Assembly (NCBI GenBank): GCA_951406725.2
Contig: OX597819.1
Location: 3,968,001 to 4,032,000, forward strand
Length of the DNA stretch: 64,000 nt
Reading direction: 5' to 3'
From: Octopus vulgaris
Lineage: Eukaryota
Below are positions 54,643 to 64,000 of this stretch, piece by piece; positions within the stretch are counted from its first letter, which is position 1; every line of letters begins with the position of its first letter. The position numbers were made by a program, and so were the translations under genes. A model generated the notes under the pieces. It was not told where the DNA came from, did not search any database, and was given only the letters and a program-made list of their open reading frames with translations.

Positions 54643-55532
54643 TCCTGGCATCTGTCTATCTTCTTGTGTCCTCCCTGTCACACACATACATACATTTGTG
54701 GTTGAATGCATGTGAATACGTGTTGTATGTGACTGAATGTGTCCGTCTGCATATATAATCACACTCACGGACATATACATATGTATATATACATATAACA
54801 TATAAATACACGCACACACTCGCACGCATTTATTATTTTGTTTATATATGTAGCTGTATGCAAATGTCCAGATGGGGGTTGAAATGAATACCACGTGAGC
54901 AGAAAAAGAAAAAGGTACATATTTAACTAGCACTCGCGGTGAAATACTGTGTTAATCACGGCTAAATCTGAAATCAAGAGAGTCTCTGCATATTATACCC
55001 ATACCGATTTGTGGTCAGTTTAGCCTCTCGCAAACGCGCATGCGCTATAGATACATATGTTTAGAACAGGCAAGATGCTGAGTGGTTATTTTATTTAGCT
55101 TGTAAACGGTACATATATTAACGATTTTTGTTCAAATACAATAAATTGTTTGGAGTCAATAAAGGCTGGATTCTATAAATAAATTTATCCTTTTCTCCGG
55201 ATCCGAGTGGGCGCCTCCATCCCTGTGACATCGCACAAACACACATGACACAAATTTAGGATTTGGCCAGTAACAATCAATTCCTGACTGACATAGTGCG
55301 TGAAACTATAGCTTTTTGCCCCATTTATGCAAATAATTCTGTTTAGGGCAACATAACTTAGACACAATTTGACAATCTATGATGTATTTTAGAATATTGT
55401 TAAAACAGATTGAATCGCACACGAACCGTTATATTCTGCGAAATTTGTGTCGTATTTGCAATTTGATTTCAACTCGAATGCAGTGAAGTACTGTGAAAAC
55501 ATATTCGTGTAACTTATATAATATGTATACAG

Positions 55533-55740
<208 letters not shown>

Positions 55741-55842
55741 CAGGGTGAATACTTGATAATTGTAACCACCTGTATATGCCATTTAGTGGTGTAGGTGATA
55801 GAAAATATTTATCAAAATAAAAACTTGATGCAAAGGATTTAG

Positions 55843-55928
55843 CGGTACATATGTTTCTGGCTTTTATTAGACAGTTTATATCAATGCATAATTGATGTAA
55901 TTTGTATGTCAATAGCCTTCTTCAGCCG
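55843..55928 (-). ncRNA. minimal type-I hammerhead ribozyme motif, left arm
   Basis: Minus strand: CGG-CTGAAGA-aGGCT...AGCCa-GAAA-C(ATAT)GTA-CCG. Confidence 0.65.
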
Positions 55929-56025
55929 TTTGGGAATGCAAATGCTCATAGTCGTGTACACGACTATGATCATTTGCATTCCCAAACTTATAATGTAATA
56001 CATGTCATTGGAGGAGTAATTGTAC

Positions 56026-56113
56026 GCGGCTGAAGAAGGCTATTGACATACAAATTACATCAATTATGCATTGATATAAACCGTCTAATAAAAGCCAGAA
56101 ACATATGTACCGC
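56026..56113 (+). ncRNA. minimal type-I hammerhead ribozyme motif, right arm
   Basis: Stem I GCGG/CCGC; CTGAAGA 56030-56036; stem II GGCT/AGCC; GAAA 56098-56101; palindromic ACATATGT stem III; predicted cleavage after GUA at 56109. Confidence 0.72.
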
Positions 56114-56142
56114 TAAATCCTTTGCATCATGTTTTTATTTTG

Positions 56143-56216
<74 letters not shown>

Positions 56217-56269
56217 ACTGCATGGCCGCAGTCAAACAACTGAAACAAGTAAAAGAGTAAAAGAGTAAC

Positions 56270-56892
56270 CCTGATTCTTTGTTCTCCTCTTCCCCCACTC
56301 TCTCACATGGCTCTGTCTTTCTCACTTTGCACCTCACTGATTCTGTCACCAAGCCAATCCTTGGCACGCTCTCTTTCTTCTCCCCTCTTTAATTCCTTCT
56401 TTCTCTCTCTTCTCCCCCCTTTGGTGCCTTTGTCCCTCTTTTTCTCTCTCTCTTTGATTTCTTTGACCTCTTCTTTTCTCTCTCTTCTCCTCTCACGTGA
56501 CCGCTGGTCAACCAGCCTTTCGGCTTCTGACCACCTCCACGAGAACATCGTTTTCTTCGCCGAAAAAGGCATTTTTTCCAAATACGCCAGCTAAACAGCT
56601 GTTTTTGTCCTGCTTTTACTATTATTGTTTTTTGTTTATATTCGTGTGGCATCGTCCGTTTTTCTGTCCTTGTTTCGTATACATTCGATCATTTTTCCAA
56701 GAAATCTAATGCTCGTAGCTTAGTTTTTCCTTGGGGCTGGCCGGATCGGAGCAATCTCAAGATTAATCAGCCGAAATTGCGAGGATGATCCGGTTCTTGA
56801 CTGAAGATTGAAGGCTTCAAATGTCCCGTCCGTGTTTTTTGTATCGTCTTCTAAATGTTTTGCGTTCTTGTCCCAGTTTGTATTTTTTTACA
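56270..56892 (+). mobile_element. pyrimidine-rich element end running into (TA)n, possibly Penelope-like; preceded by a SINE B tail (56214-56267)
   Basis: Composition and layout resemble 14961-15240 and 58870-59219; family not confirmed. Confidence 0.35.
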
Positions 56893-56916
56893 TATACATA
56901 TATATATATATATAAT

Positions 56917-57548
56917 GTAGGTTAAATTTTTTTTCGAAAAAAATTATTTTCCAAAAAAAATTCTATCAATGGCCAGCATATTAAAAGATACCTTTAAAGG
57001 TTAAATTCATAAACAAATCATATCATAAATAAGGGCAAACGAAAAAATTTCTAATGCCAGATATGCCGAAAAATTGGACATATTGTCCATTGACCATTAA
57101 TTTTTTCACAATACGCACGCTACTCGAAAAAAGGTCGACAGAAATTTCTAAAAAATTCCATTATTACCATATCGGACCGATTTCAGGGTTAGCTTATAAC
57201 AGCCCTCCCTTCGTCAGTGATACATGTGGCAAAAGAAATAAATGAGATACTTACTCATACCCATATTGCCCTTATTTATGATATGTATATATATATATAT
57301 TTATTTATGATATATATATATATATAGTTATTGCCCTATATATATATATATATATATGTATATGTAGGCGCAGGCGTGGCTGTGTGGTAAGGTTCATATG
57401 AACTAACTCTGAAACCGGGTCCGATATGGTAATAACGGAATTTTTTAGAAATTTCTGTCGGATTTCTTCGAGTAACGTGCTTATTGTGATAAATTATATG
57501 GTTATGGACAATGTGCTGGCCATTGATAACATTTTTTTCCTATATTAG
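56917..57548. mobile_element. pair of inverted, (TA)n-embedded Penelope-like pLTR fragments (56917-57285 and 57392-57548)
   Basis: 57400-57510 is a diverged reverse complement of 57082-57195; hammerhead motif in the left copy; a 25-nt SINE B head lies at 57367-57391. Confidence 0.7.
57168..57225 (-). ncRNA. minimal type-I hammerhead ribozyme motif
   Basis: Minus strand: TGTATCa-CTGACGA-AGGG...CCCT-GAAA-T(CG)GTC-cGATATG; intact core, A-C mismatch at the first stem I pair. Confidence 0.7.
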
Positions 57549-57586
57549 TTGTATATATATGTATGTATATATATATGTACATATAT

Positions 57587-57626
<40 letters not shown>

Positions 57627-58120
57627 GAAGAACTTCTTAGTCAAATTAATGGAACCCAGTACTTATTATTAAGCCTAGTACTTATTATATCGGTCTCATT
57701 GATAAACCGCGAGGTTACGAGGACATAAACACACCAACACCGTTTGCCAAACTTATGCATAGCATGTGACTGAAATTGGATTGTTGGAACTTTGGTTTTT
57801 CTTAAAGTTTGATGTAATTTTGTAAGAGGCATATTTATGGTATACCTTGTTTAGAGAATAGTTGAAGAGTTTTACTTACACGTCTTACTAAACATAAACA
57901 GCGTCCGTTTAAACATTTTGCTAAATTTCATAGCGCAGTTCCTGTTTATTTTGCTCGTAGCTATTTTGAAGACATTTTTTCATCAAAGACGATATCAAGG
58001 AATGTGTCACCTAAATATGTGTATTTATTTATGTGTGCATGTGTGTGTGTATGTGTGCATATATATATACATACATAAAAATCACCCACCCACACATGTA
58101 TATATAAATGTATGTGTATT

Positions 58121-58159
<39 letters not shown>

Positions 58160-58869
58160 GTCTATATAACTGTGTTCTTATTTCCATATATGCATGTGTG
58201 CGTGTGTGTATTGTTGTTGGTGGTGTGTAACATATACATATAAACACAGATGTTATTATGCGCAAATATGTAGAAAGTTCAGATTTCGGAATGCGTGAAA
58301 TATTTGTTCGGTGTATTTCATTGAGCAAAATAAGCTGTTTTATATTCAATATTGGTTTCAAATTTTGTCACAAGGCCAGCAAGTGTGTGTGGGTTTGTGT
58401 GTGTGTGTGTGTGAGTATGGTATGTGTTTGACGTCAAACTCTGCATGATTTTCGAAAACACATTGATAATTGAGACTAAAATTCTTTAGTTTCCACTAAA
58501 TGTATATGAATTAAGTTAAAAGCGAATGCCAACAAAATATGTGGATGAAATTCTATAGTTTATAATATATGCGAAAAACTGCATAATGTTACTACGGTGT
58601 TACTGCAGCTCTTAGATTGTCAAACAACAATTATTACCAAAGACTTGAAAAGATTTGAAAAGAAATAGGAAGAGTATATCTTTTTGTTTTTGTTAATATT
58701 TTTTTTATTAATAATCATTTTTTTCACACAAGAAAGAACTGTGGCCAGAGTTTCATCGATTCCTGATTGAAATAAATAGTTGGGATGTCTTATTTTGCCC
58801 CTCACCCCCGATCCAAATTAATTTTCTCCCCCATCCTTCTCTAATTCCCTTTTTTCCCCTTCACCATTT

Positions 58870-59219
58870 TCTATGTCTCTCTCTCTCTCTTCACCTCTTT
58901 CTCTTTTTCTCTCTATCGTTGATCACACGGGATCATCGTCCGTATTTCTTTTCCACACGTTGTCATCGTTCTTTTCCTTCAGGACTGTCCCAAGGATTGG
59001 ACGTATTCTATATCTCTCTTCTATCTTTTCTCTTTTCAAAAACAATATTTCTCCAGCGTTTGCTGTCTTAGCCTCGTTCTGGTCTAGCGACCCTCCGTAT
59101 TCCGTTTCTTTGTCTGTCTCCACTGTCCTGTTTTCCATTTGTTTCTCTCGTTGTTTGCGTTTTGCAGTCATATATTTTCGTATTTCCTGCTGTTTACTAT
59201 TGGTGGCGTGCTGTACACA
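58870..59219 (+). mobile_element. pyrimidine-rich element end abutting (TA)n
   Basis: Ends GTGGCGTGCTGTACACA-(TA)n, matching the terminus at 14961-14977 on the minus strand. Confidence 0.45.
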
Positions 59220-59233
59220 TATATGCATATGTA

Positions 59234-59277
<44 letters not shown>

Positions 59278-59279
59278 TA

Positions 59280-59680
59280 TACTCTTTTACTCTTTTACTT
59301 GTTTCAGTCATTTGACTGTGGCCATGCTGGAGCACCGCCTTTAGTCGAGCAAATCGACCCCAGGACTTATTCTTTGTAAGCCTAGTACTTATTCTATCGG
59401 TCTCTTTTGCCGAACCGCTAAGTTACGGTGACGTAAACACACCAGCATCGGTTGTCAAGCGATGTTGGGGGGACAGACACACAAACACACACACACACAT
59501 ATATATATACATATATACGACGGGCTTCTTTCAGTTTCCGTCTACCAAATCCACTCACAAGGCTTTGGTCGGCCCGAGGCTATAGTGGAAGACACTTGCC
59601 CAAGGTGCCACGCAGTGGGACTGAACCCGGAACCATGTGATTGGTAAACAAGCTACTTACCACACAGCCACTCCTACGCC
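59280..59680 (-). mobile_element. near-consensus SINE family B copy
   Basis: Full-length match to 20613-21041. Confidence 0.95.
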
Positions 59681-59944
59681 TATATATATATATAAATATA
59701 TTATTTATAAATATATGTATGTATATATATATATATATATATATCTGAATACGTGAGCATATTCCTCCTGTGTATACGTGTTAATTACTAGGTAGAAGGA
59801 ATAAGGGAAAAAACTGCACTGTAATGTGAAAAAGTTTTGATTGTTAGCGGATCTGTTAGCGGATATTCTACTAATTATTACTGCATTAACATTTATTAAC
59901 TCTACGAAAGGGTGCCGAAAAGTCCCTAGATTTGCGTAAATGAA

Positions 59945-60085
59945 AGTACAGGAGGACCAGTTAATTATCATTTTATTCAACATAATCCCAGCCCAGATTC
60001 ACACATTTATTGCAGCGGTGTTTTAGTATTTCTAAGCTCTGTAAAAGAACTCGAAAGGTTGAGCCTCTAACCAGGCCTTTCACAA
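59945..60085 (-). mobile_element. mariner-derived MITE fragment, same family as 15428-15638
   Basis: Minus strand RCNKCVNLGWDYVE*, a mariner transposase C-terminus. Confidence 0.75.
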
Positions 60086-60403
60086 TCATGGGAGCACTCG
60101 ACTCGAACTTGCAAAGTGGAAATATTTTATTATTACCTTTATATCTGGGACGTAGGACGTCCCGGAAAAAAATTTTAAATGAACGAAGTAGAGGTAGGTT
60201 GGATTGTAGCCACACTTCTATACAAGAGGGAGGACAAGATACAATTGATCAAAATTACAAGAGACCGGCTAACAATTCCAGTCTGTTATATATTTTGAGT
60301 ATTGTAATCACTAGCGATATCAAGATATAACTTTGTATTTTATATGTTATGTGTAGATGTATATATATAGATGTACATGTAATATGTACACATATATACA
60401 TGC

Positions 60404-60445
60404 ACTAGCACTATGACCCGGCAACGACGGGTCTCTAATGCTAGT
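60404..60445. mobile_element. Helitron/Helentron-like terminal hairpin remnant
   Basis: ACTAGCA...GACCCG-GCAACGA-CGGGTC...TGCTAGT: GC hairpin shortly before CTAG. Confidence 0.5.
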
Positions 60446-60460
60446 TATTATATATATATA

Positions 60461-60831
60461 TAGGTTAAAGTGGTGAAGAAAGGCAAACAATTAGGCAGGG
60501 CGTGACAGCGACAGTTAATTTAATTTAATTTAATTTAATCTAATTTAGCTACATAATGAATGGTGAAAATAGTAAAAAAAATAGTCTCTGACAGTTGTTT
60601 TGGGATATCCCAGCGATTAGAGCATCGTGTCGTGCGAAGACTCTGTAAGTTGGGTATTTTGAGAGATATAGGTTAGATAGTGGAAGTAAGTTCTCCATCA
60701 AAAATATTTGAATGGTTCATTATGTCCAGGAGAGTGGAAGGAACCAATCAAATGCAGTTACAATTAAATTAAATTAAATGTCCTTGTCATGTCTTGCATA
60801 ATTGTTTGCCTTTCCTGGTTTCTTTAACCTA
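60461..60831. mobile_element. diverged foldback element starting TAGGTTAAAG
   Basis: ~95-bp imperfect inverted arms (GAAAGGCAAACAATTA.GCA / TGC.TAATTGTTTGCCTTTC); decayed hammerhead scaffold inside. Confidence 0.6.
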
Positions 60832-61019
60832 CACCTAACGACTCAAAGGGAAGCCACGTTTAGCCATTTTGGACAAGGCAGTCAGCCACAATTTCAACTG
60901 CTGTTCAAAATGGAATTTTGGTGGCGCAACTATTTGAACACAATAACACATACCTATTAGTTTTGAATCTTCTTGAAGATTATATACACATACTCGCATG
61001 TATATATATATATATATTT

Positions 61020-61198
61020 AAAAACGGTAAGATAACAAAAGAAAAAATATTATGTAAATAGAGGAATTTTATCTGTAAATTAATATGTGACAATTATTCA
61101 ATAGCCAAGATAAAACTCTGAGTTTCGGATGCCGAAGTGAAAATCCACAACACCATCTCTTCGATTATCTGGCCATCTGAAAAACGCTATGAAAAAAA
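61020..61198 (-). mobile_element. microsatellite-flanked element with a variant hammerhead-like motif (61108-61170)
   Basis: Minus strand: AGATAA-TCGAAGA-GATG...CATC-c-GAAA-CTCAGA-GTT-TTATCT. Confidence 0.5.
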
Positions 61199-61199
61199 T

Positions 61200-61272
<73 letters not shown>

Positions 61273-62089
61273 AAGGATAAGAGGAGTTTTTTTCTTCAAG
61301 ATGATTCAAGACTAATAGGTAAGTATTATAGTGTTCAAATAGTTGCACTACGAAAAAGAAAGAATGAGTGTTGGTCACATGTGAGCAACGAGAGAGTCAA
61401 GGAGGAGGAATGAGAGAGAGGGGGGAACGATGGAAGGGATATATATATCTAATGTACACATATATACGAAAATATATGTAGACATACACATATATACAAA
61501 CATATACATACTTGTGTGTGTGTGTGTGCGTGTGTATATTAGTACAGGTCATACTAGCTCTCATGTACCGACCACCAGCATACAAAAACATATCCAAGTT
61601 CTGCCTTATGCCTCACCGAGAAATTCATCATGTGCAACATCCCCCTCCTCCCAAAAAAATCTGCGACTATCTCAACCGAACCTCATAACTCAAATTTCCT
61701 TGTCATCAATTTCAAAACAGACTCATTCTCCGATCATTGAAGTAAAGTACGGTGTCAACTCGCAACACGATTTAACACAAAACTAAGCTACTTGACTAGT
61801 CATGCTATTCCAAAGAGCGCGTGGCTAACCCTAAGGCAGAAATACTGGCTGCTTCTTTTGATGGCTGTCAAAACAAGCGTGTGATATCAATATTACAATA
61901 AGCCACGTGATTTGCTTTAAAGCAAAACTACCAACTGATAACAGTCATTATTAACTGGCTTTATCGATAACTACTAACCAAATGACCTAGTAGTTGACCA
62001 ACTTCTATGTCATATTACAAATACATATATATATATTTGTATTTGCACGTTTGCATATTCATATATAATCATGTGGGTGTTCGCATACG

Positions 62090-62171
62090 CGTGCGCGTGT
62101 GTATTTATTTATGTTATGTATGTATATATATATGCATATGTATATGTAGATATATATATATATATTTATAA

Positions 62172-62252
<81 letters not shown>

Positions 62253-62281
62253 CATATATATATGTATTCATATACATATAC

Positions 62282-62345
<64 letters not shown>
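62090..62345. repeat. (TA)n-rich microsatellite field
   Basis: Direct reading. Confidence 0.95.
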
Positions 62346-62347
<2 letters not shown>

Positions 62348-64000
62348 TCAAGTCTGTGAGTTTTTGTGTGTGGTTATGTGTGCGTGTATGTACGTTCATG
62401 TATGTATGCAAATATGGCATATACCTACGTACGCGTGTTCAAACTTAGCAGTTTGTTTAATAAGCCCTATGACACGAAAGCTTACTCTGGTGGCAAGCAC
62501 AATAAACCCGGAAAGCTAAAGACAACATGATAGGGTCCTCATCCGAATAATGTAGTCGCTTCTATTGCTTCTGTTTTGTTTATATTTTCTGATTTTCTTT
62601 CAGAGTGATTATAAACAAACCTTCTCTTCTAGCACGTTAAAACAAACCTATAGTGTTACAATATATATGTGTATGTGTATATATATATATATATACACAC
62701 ACACACATATGTATGTACATATTTATGTATATATGTGCTCACATATGTATCTGTAGGTATATGTACGTATACGCGCACGCGCATATATTTTTCCAGTACA
62801 AAGATACTAAAGTTCATACATCTGTATAAGGTGTCTGATAAACATTTAAACAGAAAGTACAAGTGTGCGAGATAGTTTGAGGGAGAAAGGGAGGGAGAGA
62901 CAGAGAGGGAGGGGAAAAAGAGAGAAAGAGAAATAGTGACAGATAGAAAGATAGAGAGCGAATCCAAATGCGTGTAAGCGAGTCTCTGTGTGTATGTGCG
63001 AGATAGTCCCTGTGTGTAGTGAGTGTATGTGTCTTCGTTGCCCAAACACATCGCACACACGAGATAAAGCTGTTGAAGAGCTGTACATGAAAATTACGTC
63101 GATATGAATAGCAATTCACTGTCGTAAGTTTTAAAATTAACTTTAGCTTTTCAATAAGTAGCATCTAGTAGTATTAACTAAGGCACGTTTTTGTTAATAC
63201 AATTGTTAACACAATTGTTAATACAATGTACGTATTGGGATATGTATACGTCGCCATAAGAGATGCTGCGGAATCAGTTACACTCAGACTACTAGACGAC
63301 ATTTTGAACACAGTCACCTGCGCTATGTCAAGATAACCGTTCAAGGTGCTGAGATGTCGATGCTCAATAGCGGTACATTTTATCAAGCAATTGAAATTAC
63401 CATCATTGTAGTGATTTTTTTTATAATCAAGGAAGCACTTCGAAGTAGGACTTGGAAGACGTTCATATTTGTTATTATCTTGAGTGTTAGTCACATGTAT
63501 TGTCTTCGTCTTTTGACTATAAAATCTTCTCACAATGTAGTGTGTGATACCCCAGCAACCTGTCGCTTCGTTGGTACTGTTAACAGATGTCACAGAAAGA
63601 TGCAGCACGCTGTTAATAAGCAACAAAAGCATTGTAAAACCGCATAACTCTTCTTACAGTGTAGATTCAGAGGTGATGGGATCCTACAGTTTATCTTTCT
63701 AGGCATATATTACATTGAGTCCTCAATGATGTCCCGACAGCTGAATGTGTTTTGGGATTTATCACTTTCGAACCTATTGATAGATTGCTGATTCTGTATT
63801 CTCAATTCTTCTGTGAATACGAATATAATTTTTGGCTATATATGGTTACATTATGTTCGCCCATGTAAGGATGTAGTCATTTCATTTTCGTCCATGTATT
63901 TCTGCATATAAGAATGTAATGAACTCTTGACAGGTGAAAGTCATTGTTACTAACGTTCACTTTGACATTCTCGCTGTTGGAGGAGGACTGATGGATTAAA

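Noticed and set aside
55036-55045. GCGCATGCGC NRF1-like site
   Set aside because: A single site with no other promoter evidence.

Overview
Eukaryotic, AT-rich, repeat-saturated non-coding DNA (intergenic or a large intron). The SINE families and microsatellite load resemble a coleoid cephalopod, probably Octopus; this is inferred from repeat recognition, not from a search. No host-gene exon can be supported, and nearly all listed ORFs are microsatellite read-throughs. Content: dozens of copies of three tRNA-derived SINE families, a 5'-truncated RTE LINE (28.7-30.1 kb), an internally deleted Ty3/Gypsy element (40.3-42.5 kb), a decayed full-length Tc1 (36.9-38.1 kb), mariner derivatives, a Tigger remnant, R4/Dong-like and other LINE fragments, and many simple repeats. 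The most interesting signal is a set of short non-coding elements embedded in (TA)n tracts that carry minimal type-I hammerhead-ribozyme motifs, often as inverted pairs. The best case is 55735-56150: two 124-bp inverted arms, each with a hammerhead, around a 60-bp spacerless palindrome. These resemble Penelope-like pseudo-LTR or retrozyme-type elements. Coordinates were read by eye; ends of old repeats are approximate.
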